From Takakia lepidozioides (lineage: Eukaryota; Plantae; Bryophyta): 64,000 nt of DNA. This document shows, piece by piece, positions 35,442 to 48,400 of this stretch (position 1 is its first letter; every line of letters starts with the position of its first letter). A program made the translations under genes and the position numbers. The notes under the pieces were generated by a model that was not told the DNA's origin, ran no database searches, and saw only the letters and a list, made by a program, of their open reading frames with translations. The stretch spans positions 42,036,001 through 42,100,000 of the forward strand of contig CM060731.1 of NCBI GenBank assembly GCA_030704615.1, read 5' to 3'.

Positions 35442-38378
35442 TACACGAGTGTCTTACCAACCAGACATGGTGATGTTGCATTAAAATTATAGTTAATCAT
35501 TGAAGTATGATGTCTTCAAAGCCATATATATATATACATATGTTAATGAATGTGTGGTAATCGGCTTAATTATATGAACATTTGATGGATGTTATTATAT
35601 TATCAACCATATATTTTCACCATACTATTAGTATTTTTGACATATAATACCATAAAATGGACAAGTATTTTTTTTGTTTTTTTGAAAAGCTAGTTGAGTA
35701 TCTTTGACTTGTTTGATGTATTGAAGCATTGAATTTCTGAAACGTATACATTCGGCAGTCTACATAAATATGAAGGGAGGCGGGGTTGGGAATGTGAAGT
35801 GGGAGTGATTGAAAACATGATTAGTCATGGGGACCTGGGGTCTTAAATACAAGATTATGAACTGGAAGTAGAAAAGCGCTTTGGCCAATATTAATTTCTA
35901 GCGTTTGGGAGCATTCGCAATCCACAAGTAGAAAATGGTTGTGGTGTTTGATAATAATTTCTTACAAATTTGGAAAGAGTTGTAGAAGTGCCACAGTCAT
36001 TTTTAAGTCCAATGTAAGCCCACGAACGGATCATGATATTAAATCAGATTACTATATAAAAGGATTTTGTGTCGATACTCTTACAAAAATATCATGTTTA
36101 AATTGGGATGTACGTTTGATAGAGGTGAGGGATAACGAACTCTTATAAGTTGATACTCTTAGAGTGGTATCATATTCCATATACATTTATCTTAGATCTT
36201 AGCAAATTTTCATCAGCTGGTATTCTAGAAAATTCAGCATGTTGAAGTCGTAGTGAGGACCAAGTACAAATTCTTGAATTCATAGAGTTTACCAATGGAT
36301 ATATGATTCATAGTTGTAAGCAATATTTTGGCGATATAATGTTTCGACACAATGGGATATGAGAATGGGGATTATTTATTCCGTGACACTTGAATGAAAG
36401 GCATAATAGGAGTTTAGCGATCCTTAATTTTTGACATTGATTTCTAGTCTTCTCTTTGAGTAAACAAAAGCCAATAAATAATGTAACAAAATTGTTCTAA
36501 TGCCTCTTGAGAACATATTAATTGAAGCCTAAATGTGTGTTTATTTCAGCTTGAGCAAAGTACATGAAAAAAGAGAAGAAAAAATCCTCTCCTCTTGCAA
36601 ATTTACTTCTTATTATCTTTTCAACCGTTCCCATACATTGAATGTTGGTTCTCATTACAATCTTTTGTTACTGCCCAGTTTATGTGTAAATATGAATCCT
36701 GCAACAAATATTATTGTAACAAAACTACTATGGCTAGTGCATCAATTGATGGGGGATTATGCAATCAACTTTATTGCTTCAGAACAACATTGGTGTACAT
36801 GATGTGTAACTTACATGTTTGTCTTCATTTTCTCTCTTCTCTATCTTCCACCGTTTTTAATTCTATAGAGTAGATCATAGTCTACTTTCTTCCTTTATAT
36901 ACAACTGCTCATATCCATTATACATGTCTCATCTTAGTGGCTCATAGGATCTCTTGCATCATTGCGACCTTCCATATCTCAAGAGAAGTAATGGACGAAT
37001 GATATTCTTGCAATGATAGATCAAACATGGTATTCTGTTGACACGCAGTTTTTATTTATGGTCCCTATACCACCCAAATTAACAAGATGTTGTATTAATT
37101 TGTGTTACTATATTTTCAATCCATATTCATCAAGTCAATAATTTTTGACTGATTTTCAATATTTCATTGATGGAGAACTGAAAGTACAAGTAATAATCAT
37201 AACATAAAAACCAAGAAACCAGCGATGAACCTATATATCAACGATGAACTTAAAGTAGTAGGAAGCATGGTCATATTGCATTAATATGGAATTATGATAT
37301 CTAAGATCTAAAGAGAGATTCTATATTACACAAATACAAGCCGCATAATATTTATACAATAAAATAAGCAGAGTTATGGCTTTATTTTGTATAATGATAC
37401 ATAGTATACTCTATATTCTATATACTAACCGTTGAATGTAATAATCATGTATTAAAATCATATATATGTATATTGACGACAACCAAAGGTAGCGTCAAGA
37501 AGAGCCTCTTCCCCCATATGGGTACTTTGTCCTTTTAGAGAGCTAGAGTTTGTCTGTCCAACTCTATCCATAAGTGCTAGAGAGCTAGAGTTTTGTGACA
37601 TGGCCAGACAACAGAAGAACTCCATATGCATCAATCAGATGCAACTCCATCCAAACGGGACAAAGGTCGAGTTACTCAAATTTAAAAGATAGAGGAAAAA
37701 ATTAACCTAAACAGGGCCATAGGGTAACATTAATTGAAGAAGAGTTTTTAAATTGAACTGTATGTCATTTCTAGCCATGTGATATAGGTAGACCCCGCCC
37801 ATTCATTTACTTTTGGGTTTTAGTACTTCTATGTGCAAAGAAACAATATTTTTGGGATTTAGGTGGGTGCGCATTGCTTTGTGTAGTCTAGTGGAAGAGA
37901 CAATAACTCCATGAAGAAAAAGCACACAATATTTACAAGTGACATGTTGTCATTTGCAATATGTATACATATATATATTTTGTGATGTTGCTTGTTTGTA
38001 TAAGTACTTCATCTTGGTTATATGATATACTTATTATAAATGACCTACATAATATTGGGGGGTACATGTGTCATGTACATTGTAGAAATGAAAATTAAAT
38101 TGTTAAAACTTATACCTATTTATAAATGATGCTATATAATATTTTATATTTCGTTTGTCGCATCCTTGTGATTTTTTATTGAGAACATTGCATTGCATGT
38201 CTAGCAATACAAAACATTCTAAGTTTTATGAACACAATATTTCAAACATTTATAAGTATTTAAGTACAGAAATGCATTGACTATATATCTACATCATCTC
38301 TAAATCGTGCAGCCTATGTATAGGTCACTTAGAATACTCGGAACACTCAGTTGTATAGGTCACTTAGTTCATGCGATA

Positions 38379-39290
38379 CACATAAATGATCTATATAATA
38401 ATAGGAGGTGCATGTTAGATTGAATATTGAATTATAAAATCTAATCTGCATATTAAAATGATATTTGTTATTCATTTTTAAAATTTGATCTCCCAAATCC
38501 ATGTGATTTTTTTTATTTAAAACAACTTATTGCACGACAATGAAAATTTTTGTACACATAAATGATCAATATAATAATAGGAGGTGCATGTAAGAATGAA
38601 CAGGGAATTGTGATATTTTATATGCATTTAAAAAAGCTGTTATAGGATAGATTTCAATTCGATCTGTCACATATTTGTAGTTATTTTTAATACAAAATAT
38701 TTCATTGCATATCTATCAATACAAAAATTCCAAGTATTACGAACAAACTAGAAAACTATAGAGTATACGTGCACACATGTTATTAGATCCAATTGTTCTT
38801 TATCACAATTCCTATGCATCCATCCTATGCATAGATTACTCATAATCTTCTTGAATTCATGGGATACACATAAATTATCTATATAATAATAGCAAGTGCG
38901 TGTACGAGTGAATATTAAATTATGAAATCTTATCTGCATTTTAATTTAAAAAAAATTATAATCCGGTCGCACACATCCTTGTATTTTTAATTAAAAATAA
39001 CTTATTGCAGGACAATGAAAATATTCTACTTATGAGACTCTGTACATATAAATGACCAATATAATAATAGAAACACATGTAAGAGTGAACACTGAATTGT
39101 GATATTTCATATGCATTTAATAAGGCTGTTATAGGATATATTTTAATTCAATCTCTACTCCTTTGTGATTTTTTAATTCACAATATTTTATTGTATATCT
39201 CATAATATAAAAATTCTAAGTAACATGAATAAACTAGAACACTATAGATTATACATCCACATATTAGATCTAGTTGTTCATCAAATTATT
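38379..39290. repeat. Degenerate AT-rich higher-order tandem repeat (~490-bp unit x2, each with two related subunits)
   Basis: The motif ACATAAATGATCTATATAATAATAG(G)AGGTGCATGT recurs at ~38379, ~38556, ~38868 and ~39046, with collinear downstream sequence. Confidence 0.7.
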
Positions 39291-40163
39291 ACGGTATAGT
39301 CCAACATTCTTAAAGACAAGGTCTCATCATATTTGAATTATGCAAATGACCCTAAACCCTCTATGTATACGTATACATACATATATATATATATATGTAT
39401 TTATCAGAAATTAGGTTGTGCCAATCTGAACTAAGTTGTGCCAACAACCTGGCGGCGCCCCCCACCTTAGTGGCGCCACCTACGTTGTTGACGCCCATGT
39501 ATGTTGTCAACAAGTGGTGTGAACAACTAAGTTGATTTGTCGAGGGTCATGGTCATACGGTATTCCTTCGTGTACCAAATGCCCGACAAATCAAAGATGA
39601 AAGCATCTAAGCATGAATTTGAAGGATCTAAGAATCTATTAGAGAATATTTGCTGAACAAGTGGGATGAAGACATGGGCATTTGGTATTCCATACCGTTT
39701 GCCCACAAAATCAACCCTGGACAAATCATCTACAACCACTAGTGGTTGATTTGTTGAGGGTCGTAGATGATTTGTCGAGGGTTGTAGATGATAGTGAAAT
39801 TGTCGAGCATTTGGTATTCCATAGGTTTGCACTGAGCCGTAATATCCTAGTTTAGGGAGCCAGCCTTTGTTATCAACTGGAAAAACTTCAGAATAAAACT
39901 TTATTTCAAAATAGGGATTATAAGGAAAAAATTACTTCCCTGAACTTGGAGGCCACAGTGGAGGTCGAGTTAGTTTTCACTGAAAGGGGCTACTGGGATA
40001 CTTTATTCTTCTACGCATACTAAGTAAGTACCCCCAAAATACGGTGAACAATTTCGCACAGAAGATTTTTTCTCTAAAAAAATAAAAATAAAATTTTGAA
40101 GTTAGGGCTATGGCGGGAAAATGGAGTCCCTGCGAGGGAGGAACACGGAGCTTTAATCTGTGG

Positions 40164-40194
<31 letters not shown>

Positions 40195-40374
40195 AGAGTG
40201 AGAGTGAGAGAGAGTGAGTGAGTAGCAGACTAGCGACAGAATCGGGAAACAGAGCTTCGTTCTTTGGCTTCTGACGGCAAAGGGCTCGGCCAGGGAGTTG
40301 GTAGAAAGAGGAAGTGGTGGAGGGAGAGGCGTAGGGAGGGATATAGTGATAAGGCATACATGTAAGCATTTGCC

Positions 40375-40845
40375 ATGGAGAGGCTCCCATTGATACTATG
40401 CATGGAGCGTGGCCCGAATGAAGGCGCAAGTTTTGACTGCACTAAGGTCAAGCGGGTGACTGTCGGACGTACACGCCAAAACAATTATCAGATCAAAGAT
40501 CCCACAGTCTCCCAGAAGCATGCAGTCATCGAATGGAAGGACGATCGTTGGTCGATTGTGGACGTGGGGAGCTCTAACGGGACAGCCATTAACGGGATCC
40601 GTCTTGAGACCGGTGTGCCTATGCAGCTTAGCGCTGATGACTTGCTCATATTTGGGGAAGAGATCAAGGTACGCGTACATATGGAGCAAGGCGAGAAAGG
40701 TCCCACGGTGGAGCAGTGGTTTGCACTGGAGGGGACGCGCTTGTCGCATCAGTTGGATGTCGAGACCGAGGCCATTGTAGAGGATATGAAGAAGCACGCC
40801 GAGCTCTTAAAGCAGGCATTTCGAGCCTATGCACGGGTAGAGTGA
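40375..40845 (+). CDS. BORI: FHA-domain protein with C-terminal Survivin/Bir1-type helix; BORI-like (Borealin-related interactor) chromosomal passenger subunit, 156 aa, single exon
   Basis: FHA signature: GP.EG, VGR, IKDPTVSQKH, DVGSSNGT, LxxxDxLxFGE. C-terminal TVEQWF..L..QL..ETEAIVEDMKKHA resembles the recalled TLxEWF..ETE.MIE.M..KA helix of Arabidopsis BORI1/2 (At3g02400/At4g14490). Intact ATG to TGA. Confidence 0.8.
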   Translation: MERLPLILCMERGPNEGASFDCTKVKRVTVGRTRQNNYQIKDPTVSQKHAVIEWKDDRWSIVDVGSSNGTAINGIRLETGVPMQLSADDLLIFGEEIKVRVHMEQGEKGPTVEQWFALEGTRLSHQLDVETEAIVEDMKKHAELLKQAFRAYARVE

Positions 40846-42476
40846 GGTGAAATGTGGCACTTCATGGGGGATCATGGTACCCTCTCGATATCCATTTTCT
40901 TGGATGATGCGGAGAGGATACGCAGAAGTCCATCTTTTGGATCCGGAAAGAGCATCCAGTGTCTTCATGTTCATGTCTTTGCCTCTGTGAAAAGCTTTCC
41001 ATCTCTTACTTGGAAAGGACAAGGTGTTTACCAGGTGCTAGCATCAGCAAAGCAGTTTACTTGTGCAAGTCATAGCATTATAAGGTATTTAGCACTCCAC
41101 CACCGGGACATCTATTTCAAACTGATGTTTCCCGTGTCGAAGAGTAGTAGTGCCTGAAAACACATTACGGAACCTTCTATGGAGGTTCATATGAGGGACA
41201 GGTGTAGATTGGAAGGGTGTGGTATTCACAAGACTTTCTCAAACTCCGCACAAATTGGTCAGGATCATATTTCTACCCCTCTACCTCTTAAGCTAGTCAC
41301 GAGTAGATGGAGGGGGAATCCTCATGATCTTCAAGGTATTGTTGGTGCATTTGCGCTGTTCTGCAGAATCAGCAGCCTTGTATAACAGTTAGACGCATTA
41401 AGCTGCTGATTCTGCAGAATGCAACAGAGAATGCAGATGCTGTTTTGCATAAGAACAGCATACAATGATGCACGTCTTAACAGTTGAGGGGGTAGGTTTT
41501 CTCTTAGGAATGCTGGACAACGGGATGCAGATCTCGATGTTATGTGATCTACACTTCTTTCTCGTTTTCACTCTTAAACTGTGCAAATCTCTTCCGATTT
41601 CTTCTGGTTTACTTGTAATCACGCAGCTTGCGTCATGCAACTTGAAAGTCTCTGTATATGGATGTCCATGAATGCTAGAGTTAACCCTACTGTGACTGTA
41701 ATTCATTGTACCTTTCGGGTACAAAAATGGAAAGGAAATAGATGAGAGAAGTTTGCTAGGATACCAAGGATGCAGAAGGTGATCATATTTGTCCAACAGT
41801 GAAGGTTGTGATGAGTTTGTGCATATACAATCTGATAGATAATTGTTATACCTTCATCTTGATGCTTTGTGGCAAATCACTCATCAAGAATTATGGTTAT
41901 TTTCATTTACAGTCTGTTTCCTTCAGTCTGGTGTTTGGTTTACCTAGCAGGGACAATGCTCAAGAAAGACCTGGGCTTCTGAAGATGTACTTGGCATGTG
42001 AGTGGTCTTGTACTTTTTCTTCCTCTGCATTCTCCACTTGCTTTCATGACTTTGAGTGCCAGCAGTTCACTTGTGCACCTGTGAGCCATATGGCTTCTTG
42101 ACACCCTGTAAATTCTTGTCTGAGTGTTCTTTGTCATTCAGCACTTGGAAAGCCAACGTTATATCACTTTCCTGAATGTCAAAGAGCTACATTTCCTCCA
42201 CTTGGTCCTTCCCATAGCGTAATTCCAAGGAAACAACAAAGTGTTCTTAAAAGTGAACTTTGTACAGAATAGACACAATCAGACAAGTCTGAAATCTATG
42301 GGTGGGCTTTCTACTCGTGTACTCTTCCAACCTCCCAATCCTTTCAGATAGCCACTGTATCTGTTCATATATACACAGAGAGGGTAGGGGGGTTGTGCTA
42401 TTCCCTTGTGTAAACAAGTGTATAGGGAGAAAAAGTGGTCTTTACTTTACCATGGCCACATTTACCCTCAGGTTCC

Positions 42477-45400
42477 TTAAGACTCAACTTTGCATAGTGT
42501 ATCTCCACGAAAAATCCACCGGGCAAAAGTGCTGGTATAATCAAGGCTGGCAGTTGCACTTGGGATGCTACTGCAAAGATCAGTGCCCATATTCTCATAT
42601 TGGTCAAGAGCAGACTCCATTGCCAGCCTGACCTTCTCATCATCAATGCCTTCTGCTGCCTCAGCAATTGCATTGTAATAATCTATCCCTTCAACAGCTA
42701 CGTCCACAAGATCCAAAGATGGTCCCTGCATCAGAAATCAAGTTTTGCCTCTTAAAAGTATAGTAAGAGACCAGCCAGCCTGCCAGTGTGGAGGCATGAA
42801 AAATTGTACAGGGCAGGTCACAAAGAAACTAAGTCAATGAAAGCAGAAGCACCTTGCAACATTGGACATAATGTTGGTTGGCTTCGCTCTCTTCAACCGA
42901 GCCTGGGAGAAGTCCAGTTCCATACCAGCTATCATGTTCTGATGATGCAGTCATTACATATCTGTGGACACACACAGGCAACCTAAATGTCCTTAGATGG
43001 GAAGGTAGACTCCCTAGACATCTCTAGTCTTAGAATCAACTACATCGACAGAAAGAAAAGTATATCTTAACACTCCCACATCCCTTGAACAGGGAGCACT
43101 CACTCTCACTCCCATTTCAGTTCGGTATGTGCGCATCATCAAGGAAATACTAGCACAACTGGAGGTGGAAGCTCACCTATCATACAGGTCCTCCTCAGCA
43201 TAAGCACCTGATGAAGATAGCCAATTGAACTCTGCAAATTCTCGCCCTGTTTGATCCTCAGTGTTTTTCTGGGGTCCACTTTGCCCAGAATGCCCATTTG
43301 CTACTGTTTGGTCATCCGCTTTACGCTGGCCAAAGAGCCAAATTGGACTCTTCAACTGCACCTCCCTGAAGAGCAAGCCAACGAATAAATTGGTGAATGA
43401 CAACAAATAACATTGCCTACTCAGAAAATGCATCAAGAAAAGCAGTTGTCTATGTCACTGATAAACGCTATCATCTGTCTTTCACCTTACGTCCACTTAC
43501 ATATTAACATCACAGTGAGAGACATATGTAGCAGAAGCAAAGAGAGGGTGCACTCACGCAGCATCAGGGGCAGTCCCTGTAACTCCCCCAAGAGGGCCCT
43601 TTTTCAGCTCTGCCTCCCCATACATGGATACATGCTTGAAGGACCCGGATGACACCTAAGTCCAACCACAATGTACAGTTTAGGTCCATAAGAACACATC
43701 CAACTGCGGAAGACTCAAGTGACCATATTGTGAAAAGTCTAGTTTTCTATTGTACCTCAAAGAGCTTGTCAAATGATGTCAATTTCATCCGGTGATGGTG
43801 ATAGTCCTCTTGACATGGAGGTGCTACTTGTGGTGGTCTCAAAACCTCTGAACGAGTTCTCTGTAACAACATCCTGTGTACAATACACAACAGCCACCAA
43901 CAGACTATGATAATTGTATGATAAACATGGAGAGAAGTCAGACTGGATACATTTTGAATCTGACACATTTTATGTTGCTCCGAGCTCGTGCACAAATTTC
44001 CTACCCCAAACAAAGCCACCAACAAGTTCTCAAGGGTTTACCCTCAACATGTAGCCTTGGCAATCCAAATAGCACCTGGTCAGTATAATGGAAGTGCCCA
44101 TAATCAAGATGATGTTAGAAGAGATGAGAATTGAGCACAGCAGTGAAAAAAGGTTGTTGCTTACTTAACATCCTTGGCAAACTCATCTTCGTAGCCTCCA
44201 ACGTGCAGATAGTAGTCAGAGTCTAACTCCCAAAGCGCAGGCTTTCCATCTTGAGGTTGGAAGTAGCCCAGAAACCTGTGCTCCAAATGCAACGGGGCCA
44301 TCAAAGCACGTTAATCTCACCTTCATGTTGGACAGTACAAGTAGATATAGAAGACCTTCTCAACACTAGAAAAGATTCACAAAAGGTAGATATCGAATTT
44401 TCTCAAGGATCAACTGTGCTTTATGGGTGGGCCACAAATATGGCTCTACTGATTCATAACTCTTGTTGACAGAATGAATACATTAATGTTGAGGAAGAGT
44501 AAAACAAAAAACTAGAGTGGGCTGCATTGAGGTGGGAAAGGGCTCACAAGTTGATAGCATCCTGCTTTTCACCATCAGTATATGTATTGCTATAGTAGCG
44601 TTTGATTGACTTCAAAAATTCTTGCGATTGTGTTGTTGCCTTCCACTTCCCTTGCCTCTCTGGGAATACCTGTAATCGTACATACCAAGTAACCAAGAGA
44701 AGGTTCATGCAAACTCCAAAAACCAGAAAAGCAGGTCATATATTGCTTTCGTGGAAATGGCTTTCACAAGTTGTATACCCACTGCCATCACTTGTACTAA
44801 CCATACCAACTGATTCCAGGGGCATTGAAGTCACAAGGATTCAATGAAAGACATCAAAGCTCCTCAAACGGTCATGAAAGGACGGGAAACCAAGTTAACA
44901 TACAGAAAATGCCTAAACAGTCCTTCACACTGAAGCAAGACATCACCTCATCAAAGCACATCAAATTACAGCATGAAACCTTACTGTATTGTGAGCAGCA
45001 GAACCCCCATACTGAAGTGCCAGAACATCGCCCATGTTTTGGTACATGTCCATCAAGGCTGCTGCAACCCCACTATCAGGGTCCAGCTTAGGCATGTCAG
45101 TCAAGCCCAATGCATGAAGTTGCCGTCCCAGAGCCGCCAGGCCATAAGCATATTGCGCAACATTTGTGCGATCAAGACAATCGATGCAGTTTGTTCGAAG
45201 GACACCACTCTGAAAACGGGGCTCTCTTCCCTTGTTCACCTTCTCTATCTTCCGCTCCCTCTCTTGATCACGGCTGCCATTGCTACTGACAAGACTGCCA
45301 CTGCTGAAGTCTCTCCCTAGATCTAGTGATGGTCGGCGATCCCTCAATGGTGAGATTCTTCCTGGTACACTCTCGCTGCAAACCAATAAATTGTAAACCC

Positions 45401-48400
45401 TTTGAATGTGTTATATCGAGAACTTTAGTTGTATATGTAGAAAAGGTTGGAGAGGTATCTATGTTTCCAAAGCACACATTTAACTGGCCTGCAGGAAATC
45501 CTTACCGGCACTAGGTCTGCGAATGTGATGTAAGAGCAAAGGAGCTCGGGGAAGAGAGAGAGAGGGACTCTCCCATAGACTCTTGTATCACCATCTCAAG
45601 GTTGATCCCAGCCAACACGTCCAATACAGCAAGCACTTTAACACTTGACTAGAGCTTAACACATGGCCTACCAAGCTGCCTACAATTCGCAGGTATTTCA
45701 GAGCAACATGCCATATAATTGAAGGACACACAATTATGTATGTTTACTGCCCAGCACAAGTGGAGATAAGTCACGAGCGCAGTTACATGTCATAAAATAC
45801 TTGAATTGAGCAAAACACTTTCCAAAGAATAACCTACGTAGAAGAAGCAGTGATACGCTGTTGTAGTGACCTCCTCTTGGAAATGGCAGGTTTGCCACTG
45901 TAATATATACCCGTGAGATCAAGTGCTTCACCTGCCACTGCTCCCAAGACTGCGAGTACATTTGCTGACTTACTGCACTAGCACAGATACAAGTTAAGGA
46001 GAGAACAACTTGCACTCTTTCAAAAGTTAAGTGCTAATAAAGTAGCAATGAAATTGCTGCTAATAACCACAATGTGTGAAGAGCTACATAGGCAAACCTC
46101 TTCGCGAACTTATGAAAGTCCCAATGTATGAATTTCAGCCGACTTTCCTCCGGCAGAACTTGGTTCAGGTAGCCTACTGCATTAGCAAACTCGCGACGTA
46201 GCATCATTTCACGGGGCCTCTTCTCCACTGTCTGCAGGTCATCATATGGAAGAACCAGAAACTCTTAAAAAGCAGCACTGACGAAATGCATCAGGTCCAT
46301 CAGAGAGCCCTTCCCCTCGAAGATATGGTAGTTAAATTCAACCCTGTATATCCACTTGCACACAAGACGAGAATTTTATTGATGAGGTTGCCATATTATC
46401 TTCTTTCTTGTCTGCTTCCAAGGAATGCTGCCAGAAAGGTGCTAGCAAAAATGTGAGCAATACTTTGTCCAAAGACCTGCATAGTATGAACATTCCAACA
46501 CTTACCCTGGTTGCATGGTAAGTTCAAAACTATAATTTCAAAATTCAAAACTTCAAAATGTTGTGGGGTTGATTGAACATCTGTTGAGACTAATTTGCGT
46601 ACCTTAATCAGATTCAAGACAATGATGGGATTGCCATATCTATTTGCAAGATCCTCGAAGTGAAGCCTGGTTGCTTGATATATTGGATCAAACCTTTGTA
46701 CTGCCAGAACATGCAGACAATAATTGTTCATTCACCTTCAATGCATCGTCTGTGGGTGTGCTAATATATTATCTCAAAATATACCATCATCGTATAGGTA
46801 CTGTTGGCTTACAAAGCAATTTAAGTTCACTATCGGAATTACATGACAGCTTTCATGTGCAGTAAACCGTCAAACCTTGCAGAGTGTCAATCTTTAGAGA
46901 TACCAACATACATGCGATTCAAAGTGTCAGATGCTGTGGAGATAACCCTCATTCTCTACACTGTCTGAGAGAGTAGTTAGGTAGAAGAGTTACCTGGATT
47001 TACTATGTCTTATGATGATAAGATTTGTTACACTCGAAAAGGAGAGGTTGGGTCATCCCACAACATCTCTGGATTCATACTGACAAGGTGTCATTTAGTA
47101 GAAAACACTCACAAATTATGTCAGGCTTTGGACTGAGGCGCGACATTTCCTGAGACCAAAAAAGAGGGATGGAACCCCGGTTCTGCACCACAGAGCTCAT
47201 TTGTCCTGACGCTGGCCCAATGCCTGTCTCCTCATCTAGCACTATCTGTTCTGTCTCTACATCATTGGCAACTCGACCCTTATCATTGACACCCCTCTTC
47301 AGGTATCTGTCAACAAGCTGCCAATGGTTAGAACCAAGAAGTTAGCAGTTCTTAGCTCTGCCTCTACATCATTGGCCAACTTGCTCTGATCATTTGACCC
47401 CACCTCAAGACACCTCTATATTCACGCTGCCAATAGAATGGTCAGAACCAAAAGGTTAACACTTCTCATGAGGCTTTTCATATCCTGCAGCTACTTTGGA
47501 ATTACCGGAATGCATCTAGCTAGTACATCCGACAATCACAGAATTTCAATCCACACTAACCTTGTACCAGCAAAATGTCGCGATCGTCTTCCAATAAGAG
47601 AGATGACTATAATGCGCCCAAAGATGGAAAGCTTTGCCTGCAGCGCCCTCACAGATGAATAAATCTTCACAATAAGGATGTAGAGTTTATCATATAGTGC
47701 AAACAGGGACCAAAAAAAATGTCGACAAAGAACCTACCTGCTCAAAGGAGCCATGAACCAGGGCAACCGTCCAGCGAGTGTTATTTAGGCGCTGACGAAT
47801 GCCACGGGTGAGGAAAGCATTCCACACAAACATATTTTCATAAGGCATACCATCATCCTGTGATAGCACATTACGTTGCACACTCTGCATGATCCGATAT
47901 GTGTAGCTGAAGAAAAAGTCTTTGGTGAGGTCCACCCCTGAAAGCAGCTTCTTGTATCTGATAATCGTCAAATCCAAATCAGTTGTTAGCAGCAACAATG
48001 GGACGAACACAACAGTGCTCAATGTGGAAGAGTGGCATTTTTAAATTCAATCATGCACATAGATCCTGTCATGCCCTTAGTTGTTACTAGACCTACGTAG
48101 AATGGATTGCCTGCACATCAGGCAATGACAACCTCCCTTTCCTCTCTGCATCTGTTTATTGTTCAAAGGAGAGAGAGAATGTACTCATAAGATATTATTT
48201 GCTGTGGCCTTGTGGCCATTGACCCTGCGCCCAGTTTGAGCGGACCACAAGGGACAGAAACTACCTTTGTCAGGGGGTGATGCCGGTAGAATGACTTACC
48301 TTGCAACAATCAAATGATCCAAGTTTTCAAGATATCCTCTAGAAATCCCTTCACACAAACATCAATCGGCTGTGTATGATTTGCCCAATAACTATACCCC

